From: Haliotis rubra
Taxonomy: Eukaryota
Assembly (NCBI RefSeq): GCF_003918875.1
Contig: NW_025765314.1
Coordinates: 124,001 to 188,000 of the forward strand
Length of the DNA stretch: 64,000 nt
Reading direction: 5' to 3'
The number at the start of each line of letters is the position of its first letter. Positions within the stretch are counted from its first letter, which is position 1. The position numbers and the translations under genes are program-made. Of the stretch, positions 1 through 14,433 are shown piece by piece. The notes under the pieces are model-generated. The model worked only from the letters and a program-made list of their open reading frames with translations, ran no database searches and was not told where the DNA came from.

Positions 1-350
1 CACCAGTTGTGCCCCCCTCTTTTCAGATCTGTTTCTTTATGCATATGAATCAGAACTTCTGGCACAATCAAAACCAAATAATTTGGCCAAGCAGTTTAAC
101 TTAAGCTTCAGGTTTATAGGTGATCTAATATATCTAAATAACGATTAAATAACCATTCCCATCCACCTAAATTCGATTAAGAAGATTAGCGAGACCGCCT
201 CAGCTATTTCATATTTAGATCTATGCATAAAGATTCAGAGTGACAAAATCTCTCCACTAGGCTGTGCGACAAAGGGAATGATTTCAACTTCCAATAGTCA
301 GCTTTCCTTTCATGTCGAGCAATATTCGAATACCTCCAGCCTTCGGTGCC
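1..350 (+). mobile_element. Degenerate Penelope-like element reverse transcriptase fragment
   Basis: From nt 2: TSCAPLFSDLFLYAYESE...KQFNLSFRFIGDLI. Broken frames then give ETASAISYLDL and DKGNDFNF.IVSFPFMSSNI..PPAFG. These match the Penelope RT motifs GTNCAPxxADLFL, FRYIDD and YDKRDDFNF. Stops and frameshifts present. Confidence 0.75.
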
Positions 351-1181
351 ATCTCTGAATATGTGTATCTAAATTCTAAAATTCTGGAACTGTATATCCT
401 TATTCAGAATTGTAGCATCTTTGCTATATGTTGAATATATTTCGACATGTTTAAATGTCATTACAGCCTGGAGTACAAGCAAAGATAAATTTGGAAAACT
501 CATGAGCATTCAATAAACAGAAAGGTTTTGCTTTTTGGGTTGAATAGTTAAAATTTAACCCTCTTGTAAGAGCCACAAGTGGCCAATTTGACATTGGAGG
601 AGACAAAGAGAAAGTGTCAAAGTTGTTTATCACAGTTGGTTGTGTGAGCTTGGAAAACGGGGAACAACGTGCTGGAAGTGACTCTTTCAGACCAAGGGTG
701 ATTATTTGGTTGAACCATTGATTTTAATCAAATGAAACTATTTTTAGAACCACTGATAATTGTAATCAGTATTGCATATGGATTCAGAAAAAAAACATGG
801 TTCCATTTCTTCTGATTATATCATTCTGAGGTAACTGAACATCGGTACCCATATTCGAGCTACACCAATGTGAGAAAAACATATTTTTATAAACCTATCA
901 CAACATAGACATGAAGCATATCAAAATGTACCTTGTGATTGGTGTTTTACAACTACCATTATATATCAGGAATCTCAATAATATATGTAATACATACTAT
1001 GACCATAATTGCCTCTGCAAAAACCGAAGGTTTGTTGCAGAGGGTATGTATTCAACCCTGTTTGTGTGTGTATTAATGTGTCAGCAACTTTACTCAAAAC
1101 CTACCAGATGGATTTCAATGAAACTTACTGGATTTCTTGGGTATGTTCCCAGAGCAAATCAATTAGATGTTGAAGAAATTA

Positions 1182-2640
1182 TACTCTTAAGAAACACAAC
1201 AACAGAAACTCAAAAGCAAAATATCATTGAAAAATTTGATCTTATTCAATTATATATAAATCAACGAAAATAAATGGTACAACATTGAACTTATATAGTG
1301 CAATACATTGGTATCTCGTGCACATTTCACAAGAATGACAGTCATCATAGCCATTACTGCTGTCCACGAGGTGGCGTTGACGTTACTACCTTGTATGACC
1401 ACCTCTTTCTCCTTGACACAGATCGAATCAGTTGTTGGATGTTTCGTTGTTGAATCCTCCATTCCTCCTGCAGCATGTTGAACAACTGTTTAAGGGGCAA
1501 TGGCACGTTTATCGATCTGATCCCACAGATAATTATCAATTGGTTTCAGATCCGGGGATCTGGAGGGCCAGGGGAGGGCATTGATATTGCTATTGGCCAG
1601 GTAATCCACCGTAGCACGTGCTGTGTGAGGTCTGGCGTTGTCCTGTTGGAACAGATCCCTCTGGCGATCGAGAAGGCGATGCGCGTGAGGACAGAGGATC
1701 TGGTCGATATATCGAGCGGCCGTTAGATTGCTTTGGACGAGCACCAATTCCAATGTGCAGACGTATGAGATGGTTCCTCACACCATGACGCTATCTCCAC
1801 CAAATCTGTCCACTTGCCTGATGCAGTTTGGTGCAAAACATCCATTGCGTCGTCTGTAGACACGTTGTCTTCCGTCGCATCGCTTGAGGAAATACAGCGA
1901 TTCAACCTGAACCATATGTGCCTCTAGTTTCCAAGGTGCCATGGCTGCACCGTGTTACACCACCTGACTCGCGGACGTAGAAGTAATCGTATCAGAGAGG
2001 GGGGCAACATGTGTACGTCTGGCACGCATACCTGCCTCTCGGAGACGGTTCCTGATTGTCTGGTCGGAGATTCTCCAGGCTCCAAACCGTTCTTGTACTG
2101 TGTCCCGGGCGGAACGATCGGGGTTACCCGGATGTAGCGATCTTGGACGGGTGTGGTGACTCGCATTTGTCAAACTGGAATGCACAAAACGGTCCCACAA
2201 ACAAGTTAATGTGCTGGGATGAACGTTGAAGGTCCTTGCCACGGCACTCTTTGATTCGCCAGTTTGTAATCGTCCAATGGCAATATTTCAGTGGGCACCG
2301 TTGAGACGTCCGATTTTCTCATCCAGTATTTGCAAGGGTCTTGGATGAATTTGCCAGATGCATTTGGTTCTTTTATAGTCATAGGTTGTACTCATACTTT
2401 GCACGTGAAAAGCAACAATTGCGGCTTTTGGTTGTGTTCCATAACAGTCAAGCTCATCATGACAATCATGATCGATAAAACCATTCAAAATCGTTTATGG
2501 TTGCATTCGCTCACGCATGTTCTTCTAAACCACACCAATAACAATACTCAACCCTCAAAACCTGCTTAACTTGACATATGCGTACAAACTCTCGATCATA
2601 ATTTTCAAATTTTATTTTTCGTTTCTTTTATTAAAGAGTG
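1182..2640 (-). mobile_element. Decayed Tc1/mariner DNA transposon
   Basis: Minus-strand fragments: HTH (ARTFNVHPSTL, ISDQTIRNRLREAG) and catalytic (FQQDNARPHTA, WPSRSPDLKPID). Right end reads TA-CACTCTTTAATAAAAGAAACG on the minus strand. A degenerate counterpart TA-TACTCTTAAG... lies at about 1180. Confidence 0.85.
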
Positions 2641-4252
2641 TATGTTAAAATACATGTACACAGAGGTACTTTGAAGTAAATGGGAATATGAATAATATCT
2701 CAAAAAGTTATGGATGGAATTGAGTGAATCTTGGTGGTTATGTTAGATATGACGCAGGGGCTAACTGCGTACTGTTTGGTGAAAATAAGTATACATTGAA
2801 GTACAAGTACACAGTAGTACTTTACAAATGCAATAGTGAATGGAGATTGCTGTGCAAGCGGAGGCATGTTCTCTAACGAGGGCCCTTCTAGTTTCCAAAT
2901 TAAGAAAAAATATGCGTAGAATTCATGCTTGTGTTTGTGTGTCAAATAATTGCGAAGCTTGTATTTCAACAGTATATTTTGTTCTTGTTGGTTAATGACG
3001 GATTGATTGACAATGCGAGTTACTTAACAATACTAAATCCTTGTGAAAGTTAAAATAAATATACTAATACACATTATATATTGCACTTGCATACGCCACT
3101 TGTAATATGTAGTTATCTGTTTACTATGATATAATTTGTCACTCCTGTATTAATACATTAAGTTAATATTGACTGCAGATCTGGCTTTATGTCATTTAAT
3201 TACCAAGACATGAGTGTCAGTATGTCAATTCTGACTCCACTGGTAGGCCTGATTTAACACTAGTGCAAGACTATTTGATAGTCACATTAACCTTACCTGG
3301 ATACTATTATTACCACACATGTGTGTCATGGTGGTATATATTATGAAATGGGAGAATACATTAATTGAATAAATGGTTTCCATTAATATAGGCCAATACT
3401 TACAATGTTGGTGTCCAATGAAGGAAAGACAATATTTCATTAATTTATATGATTATGTCATATTTTATGTCACCAAATTCAAATTAGAAGCATATTATAT
3501 GGTTATTTCTATACCATGCATCATAAGCTGCCTTTTGATATGCTACACGACTATGTTGTGATAAGTTTATGAAAATATGTTTTCTCTCGAAATGGTGTCG
3601 CAAGCAATTTTGGGAACTGATATTCAATCACCCCCACAATGACACTTATAGCTAGCAGAAAAAATGGAACCACACAATTGTGATTACAATTAGTATTGGT
3701 TACCACAATTAACATGTAATTCCACGGAATTACACAAGCCCCTGCACTAAGTTGAGTTTTGGTTAACACAGTGTGACTAATTCAGTGATGAGACTTCAAG
3801 CTGAGGATGCAGGAAGAACGCCTCAATTAATGCAGACCATTTTGATGAAACCCACGACCACGAACATAATCAAGACGATGCTAAAATTCACATCAATGAT
3901 GAAATGCTTCTGGAACGGCAAGAGTATACAAAGCATTTGTATGAAATTGTGAGTACGAAATCACCTACCTGAGTTAAGGAAAAGTGCCAGCGAGTGGAAG
4001 AACACGATCTTGACCACGTTGACTGAGTTGATTGACATTGAGTGTCTGTTACTGACAGTGTATATCCTCCTATTGTTTGACGTTTGAAATATGATAACAC
4101 ATGGTCATGCCAGGAGATGCATCACAGTCTAAGACTGTCAGAGATCGGTTTTCCATCCGCCGGGTTAAGATCAATACAGATACCTCATTATGGGAAGAAA
4201 GAGCCAAGCTGAATGGCGCCAATCGATTCTTTACAGTCGGGTAATACTGTTG

Positions 4253-4660
4253 GACAGACAGACAGATATTTTATTTCAGTATCACCTCACATATACATAT
4301 ATATATATAAAATATAACATATAAGTGAGCCCCCCTTTAAGGGTTATGAGAGACTTATGTGTTAATGCATTATAAACACTAAAATAAATAATGATATAGT
4401 TATATACAGTATAAAATCTATAATATGTTTTCTTCTTTGCAAGATATAAAAGCAGGTTTTGGCACTGAAATATACATGGTGTTTAAAAAGTAAAACTAAT
4501 TTATCATCATCACAGAGATCTAAGAAGTTGGGATAGCTAAAACAGACATTTTCATATTATATAAACTTTCACGCAAATCATCATACATAGGGCAATACAA
4601 CAGAACGTGTCTTTCATCCTCAACACTCTCACTGCACTGAAAACATACCCTCTCATTCGA
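4253..4660 (-). mobile_element. 3' fragment of a non-LTR retrotransposon (C-terminal CCHC, 3'UTR, (TGTC)n tail)
   Basis: Minus strand translates NERVCFQCSESVEDERHVLLYCPMYDDLR and ends with AATAAA followed by (TCTG)n repeats. Confidence 0.7.
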
Positions 4661-5235
4661 TTACGATTCGTATACTGTACAGCGTTTGGCAAATAAACAC
4701 ATGTCGGCGAGAAAGGGGATTATGATGTTTTTACAGAGGTAAGTGTCTGGTACTCTTCATTGGGAATGGATACTAAAATACTTTCTTTGCACATTGATTG
4801 AATTAGATGTAATGGTTTAGAGGTTACTGAAGATTCAAGGACATACACAGAATTTAAACACAATAGAATAGTTTGAATTTACTTTTTAGGCATTATTTCG
4901 GCATTATAATGTGTAAACACAAATAATTATACATCCAATAGATTAGACATAATTTAACTTACTAATTTGAAGCTTACTGAATTGTAACTAGTTATTTTCC
5001 ATAATCTAAAGTTGATAATGTTACCTAATCGAATATAAAGTGATACGTCGCGCCTTTGCATCGAATATATATATTCATGTCAGTGTTATTACAACAATTA
5101 AATCTTTTACTATGTTTGTTACAAAACACAGTAAGTTTGTAATTAAAAAACACCTCACACACAGACAGAAGCAATATCATAAGTTATTACATGTAAACTA
5201 TACAAAGGTATTTCAAGCATTTTTGTTCAAGGTCT

Positions 5236-5402
5236 GGGGCGGTGGGGTAGCCTAATGGTTAAAGCGTTCGCTCGTCACGCCGAAGACCCGGGTTCGAATC
5301 CCCACATGGGCACAATGTGTGAAGCCCATTTCTGGTGTCCCCCGCCGTGATGTTGCTGGAATATTGCTAAAAGCGGCGTAAAAACCAAACTCAGTCAGTC
5401 AG
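5236..5402 (+). mobile_element. tRNA-derived SINE family A, copy 1
   Basis: A-box-like GGTAGCCTAATGG, B box GGTTCGAATCC, (CAGT)n tail. 13-bp TSD TTGTTCAAG[G/C]TCT at 5223-5235 and 5403-5415. Near-identical copies at 20068 and 52211. Confidence 0.92.
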
Positions 5403-5870
5403 TTGTTCAAGCTCTTGAAAGTTTCATGTTGATTTGAATTGTCAGTTTTCTATGCAATTTACATGAGCATTGTGTAAAACATTTGTATTTGATCTCTGTA
5501 ATTATCAAATCCGGTGTAATTATCACGTGTATCAATGAACTCAGTCTCTATTGATCCATCGTCAATAAAAGCTTGATAGTATAACAGTTACGGTATCGAT
5601 ACACATGCGTGTAATCATTCAATCAGATTACAGTAATGAGATAATTGAACACTTCTTTCGACCTTGAAATAACAGCCTCCGGTAGAATGCATATGTAGTT
5701 ATGTTGTCCCGTGACAAGTGTAAAATAAACAGATGTGCTGTTCTATCATTGGACAACTTGCTTTATGGAGTCACGCCCCTCTCTGCAATGTTTATGCATG
5801 CATGTACATCTGTAATCTTATGAACCTCGTTTGCATTCAGTATAAATATAGGCACATTACCTTCATAAAT

Positions 5871-5872
<2 letters not shown>

Positions 5873-5922
<50 letters not shown>
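5873..5922. repeat. (TG)n microsatellite
   Basis: About 25 perfect TG units. Confidence 0.98.
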
Positions 5923-5925
<3 letters not shown>

Positions 5926-8900
5926 CAACTGCAAGTTTATACACTATAATAATTCAAGATAGTGTCACTTCGTGAATTCCTTAATACGTGTACTTTATTT
6001 TGGATATTCATTCCTATCAAAGTGAAGATTATATTTACACGTACAGCAAACCATTATGTTTTAAGCACCAGTTGTGTGCGTAAAATGTATATGAAAATAA
6101 ATACTTTATCTACTCAATGGTTGGATTTCAATCGCTTTGTTTTACTCATCGATAAACACTAGAATGAGGACAAATAAACTCGCCAAAGTGTCTATCTACT
6201 CCTATTTGTCCTATGTGTATATTTCATAATCGTTACCAGTGTGTATGTATACAATACACAAACTGTTACATGATAGCTTGAGTTGATAAAGCCGAAACCC
6301 AGCATATCGACTGGTCAACGATATAGCCAATAATCAATCTCTATCCAAGCTGTTGAGTGACCAAACGTGCTCTTCAGAAATTTCACCCATGCCCCATCTC
6401 CTGTCCTTACCTCATGATACGATTGGTCACAGATAACATATGACCAGCCACTATATTGAACAGTTGAGATACAAAACGTTTTATTTGGGAAATTTGATGA
6501 CGCCCTATCACGTGACTGTTTGTTTGATGTCTATCCAAGGAATATGTAGTACATGTATACATTTTTATATGTATGTTGGTATGGTCACGTATGTTTTCTG
6601 CATTAAATCAAGATGAAACAAAGTGCCAGGCTATGAATGTGCTCTATGTTAGTCACAGACTAGCGTTATTTAGTACTTTCATTAAAATAATTCGTATACA
6701 CTAGAAATGTATCGGCAAAACGCTATTTTCGTCGAAGATTATAAAATACCTAAGTAAATTCTTCTTTACAGTATGTCATTGTCATAGATGTTTTGTAAAT
6801 ATAAACCTCATACAATGATATGAAAGAGAGAATTTGTTTATGTGTGTCTCTTCTCTTACATACAAAGAATACATGCATATTGTGATAAAATATAAATGTA
6901 CAAGCCGCCAAAGGTCTACAAGAGAAGCTTGCAATAAAATTACATAAAACTTTGCAATACACGATATGTATTCACACCTGCTTTCTTTCAACATATATCT
7001 TTACGACACAATTTAACAATCAGGACTTGTTTGTACGACTAGACTGTTTCCTGTCATCCCCGATACCTGCCAGGGAAACCAGGTGTGATTAGCTCTAATT
7101 AGTCTTGGCACAGCGAGTGGGCAATCAGCGAGGGGTTTCAGGTGTTGAGTAGTTAGGTGGCTCTCGGGCTTAATGAGTTAATAAACAAGCATTTTATAAA
7201 TATTTCCCTAAATTACACAACACTTTAACATTATTAATGCTAAGTAGTTGAATAAGTTTAAATACTGATGGACATTTATAATAATATGGCTCAATACACA
7301 TTATTCTATAGTTATGATATGATGGACATTTTAATATAAAGTGTAGTTCATCTTCATATCATCTTTACACATTTTCGATTTACAAGATTTATGTTTTCAT
7401 ACCTACCAGTTCCTATTGCTAAATTATTGGAACTGAGTCTGAAGTTAGATAAGTACTTCCTACAAAGATATGGAATAGATTTACATAAATAATATTGAAG
7501 CGTACACTGGTTAAACATATTTTTATAAATTGCACATTTCGATGAGTTGGACAGCTGACTTAAGATTAACTGAATAGCCTGGTCATTTATTCTTTGTTTT
7601 ATAACTATTAGATAATCTAGTGGTAATTCCTGCCGTAACCATATTTCACTTAATCCAATATTCGACAAAATATATTTCACCTGATACGCCCAGTTTTTTA
7701 ACACCAGGGGTCTCCACCTCCTCATACAAATACTCATAACAACCCCGTAAAATACTATTTTCAGACACCAAGCTTACACCAATATTTAATCATGATATAT
7801 TGCCTTTTAAATGCGAGCGGATAACGGCCTAATTCGGCATAAACCATGGAATTGCACATTGATTTCTTAACTTCTAATAACTTTCTACAAAACTCCAAAT
7901 GCAACCTTTCAATATTTAAGCCTTTGTTATATCCCAATATCTCAGACGCATAAGCTAGTATACTGCCAACATAACAATCAAAGACATAAAAGAGATTCCA
8001 GGTTGAGAGAGAGCGACATGATATTACTGTAAATTGAAAAGAGGGCCTTCGTACCCTGGTCAGACAACTGCAGCTGTGCCTTTGAGAATCGGTTATTATA
8101 ATTAAAGACTATTCCTAAATATGTAAACGTATCGACAACCTCTAGGACACAACCATTATATAACCCATGTTCTGACGATTTAACTTTACCACCTCTTCTA
8201 AAGACCATTATCTTTGGTTTAGCAATATTTACTTCAAGTTCCCACCGTTTGGAATAAGCTGACAGCGAATTCAACTGTGTTTGCAATCTTTCAACAGATT
8301 CAGAAAATATTACAAGATCATAAGCAGAAACATATCTAAAGATTTAAACTGGTAAGGTATACATATATCTTTTAGGAAAGACTCCTCAAAATCACTGACA
8401 TAGAAAGAAAATAAAATTGGCGATAATACTTCTCCCTGCATTAGGCCCAAACTATTCTGAAATACTGACTATCATAACCACCGATCCTCACACATGACCT
8501 TACATTAAACATTTAACGAATGAATAGCTGATAAAAGCTTCCCTCTAACGCCCACTTTTGCTAATTTATACCATAATTTACACCTATCTACTGAATCAAA
8601 AGCACGTTTGAAATCCACAAATGCACAATACAACAGTTTTTTACTGTTCAAGGTACGACTAATCACTGCATGGAACTATAGCATCAACTGTGCTGAGATG
8701 AGGGCGGAAACCAACCTGAGCATCCGGAATAGAGTCATGTTCCTCGGCCCAATTAAGAAGCCTCTGATTTAGTACTCTCGTCAACAACTTTCCAAAACAA
8801 CTAATAAGACTTGTTCCCCTATAATTACTAGGAGCTCTGGCATCACCTTTCTTGAAAACTGGATTAATTAAAGCTGAAGCCCAGCTTTGGGGGAAGAACC

Positions 8901-9655
8901 CTGTGGATAGAACGCAATTAAATATTTTGTGTACAATAGGCAGTAAATAACAATCAAATTCAATCAAATATTCATTTATAATGCAATCAAGTCCATGAGA
9001 TTTATCCCGTTTCAAACCGTTTATCGCTTGCTTTATTTCAATCAATGTTATTTCATTATCAAGTTCTGATACCACATTTGAGTCATTCAGGTTAGAGTCA
9101 GTAGCAGAGATATTTTCGTCATTACCTGCAATGTTTTTAAAATGTGCATACATTTCAGATAGGGGAATGTCAATGTTTGTCTTCTTCCGTTTCGAAAACA
9201 TTGCATGAAATTGTTTCGGGTTAATTCTTTTCAACTGCTCGAGTCTACTGCCCCCAGATTTTAGATACCGTCGTTTATATTTCTTTTCTAATGTTTTATA
9301 TGTCTTCTTCTCCATAAGTAATTCAGCGTGGTTATAATATGTTTTACTGCGATTAAATTTATCAAGTGAACGAACATAGTCCATGTAGCATGTTTTCAGA
9401 GAGTCATCAAACCACGGTTTATCACCGATCCGGACCGGGGCACGTGGTTTGCTGATGTCTCAGCGATTGTGTGTGTGGTTGTTGTTGATGTCACGTGACC
9501 CTTGTCTATTGCATGTTTTGAAGAACGGTGACATAACATCAGTAAGGATTGTTGTGAAGTTGTCGATACTCTTGCCCATGCACGGTTGTGATGTAATATT
9601 ATCTTCAATAAAAGAGCTTTCCAATCGGTCGATGTTAGAAAGTAGCGCTAACTTA

Positions 9656-11802
9656 GGGCCTGTTCGATTATTGCGAAACTGGTTTTGGTGTCTGAAACTG
9701 GTTTCTCCTGTTATATACGAGTGTCTAGTTTCGGATATATGGTTTCAAAGTGAAACTAGTTTCTAGTTTTATAAACGAGTGGATGGTTTCACCATCCGGT
9801 TTCAAAATCGATACAAACTAAATGTTTCAGCTAGTATATACTAAGCAGCAAAAGAAACGTCAGTTTGTAATTGTCCTTCGCAGAAACGGATAACTCTAAA
9901 CTCATTTAATGTTTTGATTGTATATTTTTGACAACATCTCCAACTTTACCTGACCAAAGACATTCCTTCCCAAACTCGGAATGGAACCGAGGAAATGGTC
10001 TCAAAAACGCAACCTGATCTCGGAGATGGTACGGTGTTCTCTATGTTTTTCATGCAACTCATGCTGCACGTGCTATTCACAAGAACCAGCCCTATAAAAT
10101 GCACCCCAAACCTGGTTGAAACATTCACATTACAACGTCAGCAGGGTGCCCCTTCTCACGACAGCTCAGAGGAACCAGGCGCTAGAAAGACTTGAAGCTG
10201 GCCACACTGCACAAGCCGTTGCCAATCACTTCCAGGTTAACGTTCTGACCATCTACAGGCTGCAGCAACGTTTCCGGGCCACCAACACCACAAATGATCG
10301 CCCCCGTACTGGCAGACCAATGGTGACCAAACGACGACAAGACCGCCATGTTGTGCGACAGCATGTACAGAATCCCTTCATGCAGGCATCCGAAACAGCA
10401 CGCCAGACAGTGGGAACACACGGAAGACCAATCAGTACTGAATACAGTACGCCGACGTATTAACAGCGCGAACCTCCATTGCCGTAGACCTTACCGGGGA
10501 CCTATCCTCACCCCTCGTCATCGGCGTGAACGTCTGCTGTTTGCCCTACAACACCAAAACTGGCGATACAGGCAATGGAGAACTGTTCTGTTCACAGATG
10601 AGAGTCGGTACTGCGTATCAACTGCAGATGGCAGAACAAGAAAATGGCGATGACGTGGCCAGCGTTACTCAGACCAATGGGTTAATGAAAGAGACTCATT
10701 GGGAGGTGCAAGCATCATGGAATGGGGTGGAATAGGCCTGAACCAGTGAGTAGGTCCTGTGGTTATCCGGAACCTTGGTCCAGGGAGAGGAGGCGGAATC
10801 ACAGAGGTGCACTACATCGACCAAGCTCTCAGACCCCATGTCATACCACATTTCGCACGTCACCGGAACAAGATTTTCCAGCATGGTAACGCCAGGGCCC
10901 ATACTGCCAGGGCTACACGGGACTTCCTACAGCAGAACGGTGTCAACATTATGCAGTGGCCAGCCCTTAGTCCTGATTTAAAACCGGTTGAACATCTTTG
11001 GGATGAAATTCAGAGGAGACTGAATCATGTCATACCAAGGCCGAACACAGCTGATTTATTGCGCCAGGCCTTTCTCAGAGTGTTGTTCAAGGTGCCAATG
11101 GCCTTCATCAATCGATTGGGGCACTCCATGCATAGACGTTGTGCTTCAGTCATTGCCGCTCGTGGTGGTCACATTAGATACTGAAGTCAAGAGTCTGAAT
11201 GAACTGCAAACGTTCACGTAATGTCTTGAAATTGTGCTGAGTTATTCACTGATGTGTGAAGATATTGTACACAAAAAATATTTTTGATCGCCTTTTTATG
11301 TCCATTTCTGTAATGATTTGATTACAGTGCCTCTTTAATTTTGAATTCGTACTGACGTATTTTTTGCTGCTGAGTATATACGAATTGAATGACAGCATTG
11401 CCAAAGGTAATATTTTTAGGTCATTTTATCAGGGAATTAACAAATAATAAAGAGATGAGATGCTTTTGGAAGTAAATATTTGCGTATATGTAATTATTCT
11501 GTTACAAGTAATTATATATATACAAGTTACATAAAATAGTCATGTTCAATAAACTGGGGTTTTAAATAATATTTTCCTAGTTCTCATTGATTTTTATCAT
11601 TATTTTGGTTACAGAAACTGCTGCTCTATTTTGCCACCAATATCTTTTCCGCCATGTTTGTTGTAAGAGAACGCGAAACTGAAACTGCGAAACCTGCCTC
11701 GGAGATGGTTTCGAAGTTTCAGATCCCAGTTTTAGGTTTCGACATAAACGAGTGCATGGTTTTCCAGAAACCAAAACCGGTTTAGCATAATCGAATAGGC
11801 CC
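9656..11802. mobile_element. PIF/Harbinger-type non-autonomous element (MITE) inserted in the LINE
   Basis: TIRs GGGCCTGTTCGATTA / TAATCGAATAGGCCC and TTA TSD (9653-9655, 11803-11805). Excision restores the LINE frame EFVTESK|LALLSNIDRLE. Confidence 0.88.
9839..11376 (+). mobile_element. Full-length decayed Tc1 transposon nested in the MITE
   Basis: About 26-bp TIRs TACT[A/C]AGCAGCAAAA[G/A]A[A/T]ACGTCAGT flanked by TA. Transposase split over 10116-10463, 10348-10653 and 10759-11184 (FTDESRY; FQHGNARAH with D>G; SPDLKPVEHLW). Confidence 0.93.
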
Positions 11803-13580
11803 TTACTCTCCGTTACGAATTCGGCACGCCAGCGGTGATTGACATAAGACTGACCTTGAACTTGATTGGTGGTGTCCACTTCAGGTGTAGGTCGGAGTCT
11901 TGTTGACATTACGACATGTAACGGTGCGTGGTCCGAAAAAGTGGTGAAATTGCTTATTATAAATGACGGAAACATTTCGAATATGGCTGGATCACATATT
12001 AGATAGTCAATTACAGACAAACCTCGATAACAATTATAAGTAAAATCATTTGCCATGTTATTGGGGTGTCTTCCATTCTTTGTCCAGATGTTTTCCACAG
12101 CATTAACAGTTTATTACCAAATTCGTTGTGGCCATTATACGGATTGACACGGGCTCGCACTTCCGAGTCACTAGTGTAGGATGCTATGTTTACTAGTTGA
12201 TCTGTTACAGTGGAGGGTAGGTTGTCATCTGTAATGTAATCAGGTTTGGACTGGGTCCAACTGGTAAAGTCTTCCACTAAGAATACTTTACCAATTGCCA
12301 TATAGTTTGCTATTTGATCCTCAATTTCCTGGAAAAGATCACAATCATAGTGCTTATAGAAGGTTGATCCTGGAGGTGGTAGATACACAAGTGCACAATA
12401 CACTTCTTCATTACACACAGTTATGGACCTGTTGAATTTAAGCCACACAACTGAATCATCTCTGTAACTGTGATCACGTTGCACAATAAGTCTTTGATCA
12501 ACACTATAATTCCACCTCCTTGTTTTGATTTTGTTTTTCTTCTGGGCACTACATATGACTTGTAACCAGGTACGTCGAGTTTAAAAGAGTTATCGATCCA
12601 GCATTCAGACAGAAAGACAATATCATATGTGTGAAGAGAATTACTGAATGCTTTATGATTCCATTTATTTTGAAAACCACCATTAATGTTCCAGGAAATT
12701 AAATTTATCGTCTGGGATAGTACATCCTCCAGAGACTCCTGTCTGGCAGGGCTCTCAGCCGGTCCCAGATGTAACTTGCCATCAATGTACAACTTGTCTC
12801 GAACCAAGACAGCCTTCTTATTTTGAGCCTTGGCTTTCTTAAAAGTAGGCATCAACGCTTTTCTTCTATCTTGTATTTCTTTTGGGAATTGTTCTGATAT
12901 GGATAAATTAGTGTTCTTGAGTTTCTCACTATTTTTTCTGACCATTTCTCTCTGTTGAAAGATGCGACATTTGGCTACTATAGGTCTGGTTTTACCAGTC
13001 TGTGCTCTGCCGATCCTGTGGGCCCTGTCTAGCTCCAGTGTGTCGGTTAGCTCCAGCTGTTCTGCAGAGAGCCGCTGTATCGTGGACACACAGTCCTCTA
13101 CTCCCCCCCCCCTCCTGCACACTGAAGAACAGCAAATTATCCCTCATGGATCTGCACTTGAGATCTATCACCTCATCTTTCAGTTTTGCATTTGAGGTTT
13201 TTGTTTCTTCTACAGTTTTCTTTAAGTCCATAATGCCTGCATCCAAATTTGAGAAATGTGTTTCACTTTTTTCTTTATTTTCTTCCAAAAGTGAGCTTAA
13301 AAGTTGCTGGCTAATTTCCACTTCATTCATTCTCCCTTCAACTGTTTTCATTTCATCTTTAAGTTGGTTGACCGAATGTTCTATAACATCTAATTTCTGC
13401 AGTCTTTTACAGATATCATCCATCTTATGTACCAACTCCTGTGCCCAGGGTGGGGGATCGGGCGGGAAGGGATTATGCATGTGATGGCTTGGGCCCTGAT
13501 TAGATGTATATCTTTGTTGGAATTGTGCTCCATAGTGCATGCCATGCGGAGAGAAGGTATCGTACTGCGTGTTATTTACA

Positions 13581-14433
13581 GAAGAAGAAGAAGAAGAAGA
13601 AGAAGAAGAAGAAGAAGAAGAAGAAGAAGAAGAAGATAGATATTGGATTTATTGTGTGACATGCTAATATGCGGTGCATGATGACACGATTAAAACATTT
13701 ACATAACATCCGGCCATTTGGCCTATGAGACATATATGACAGTAAAAACATTTAAGATATATAAAAATGTATATTGCACATACATCACGATTCTTGCACA
13801 CATAAGTACATTCATGCATGCGTCAAACTCACCCACACACTCACCCTTCTATCCTCACACCCACCCACACTCACAACCACCACCCAGACACACACCCACC
13901 CCAACCCCGTACTAATAGATATTTAATCTCCTCCTGTACATGCGGTAGACAAGAGCGGCAAGAGGTTTAACAAATGCTATGGGTTGCAGCATAAACACAG
14001 TCTGCTGAACGGCAGGCAGCAGCGATAAAAGCAGAGTCTAGCTGATTCAACTCCATGAGAAAACTGTAACGCAAATCTGAATAGAATGGGCAACTGATCA
14101 AAAAATGAATCTCATCCTCCACTGAGTGGGAGTCACAGAACTTACATAACCGATGTTCCAGAGGTGTCTTAGGTCGAGTGAACCTGCCACGTTCAACTTC
14201 TAAGGGGAGAGAACTACAGCGCAGCGTACGGTTCAGCCACCAGAGAACTTTTGAAAGGTCTATACGTTCGTAGTTTATTTCCATTCAACTGTCCACGATC
14301 ATTCCATAATTCTCTAAACCATTCTTGTTCGTCAAGAGATTGAATCCACTCACAAGATAATTTAACATCAAGCCCTGTCATGTTATAGATGTCATGAACT
14401 GGAAGCTGTAATTTAGAAAGTAAGTCATAGACA
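13581..14433 (-). mobile_element. 5'-truncated LINE with (TTC)n tail inserted in ORF1 of the larger LINE
   Basis: NKLRTYR and RCSSLPLEVERGRF...LCKFCDSHSVEDEIHFLISCPFYSDLR. AATAAA plus (TTC)n tail, which is the (GAA)n run at 13581-13636. 10-bp TSD GTTATTTACA at 13571-13580 and 14434-14443. Confidence 0.88.

Noticed and set aside
5236-5310. tRNA genes at the SINE heads (also 20068, 52375, 53995)
   Set aside because: A/B boxes continue into SINE bodies and tails, family A copies have TSDs, and no clean cloverleaf is evident.
13427-13639. Poly-Arg ORF (and the poly-CV ORF at 5733-5975)
   Set aside because: These are translations of the (GAA)n LINE tail and the (TG)n microsatellite.
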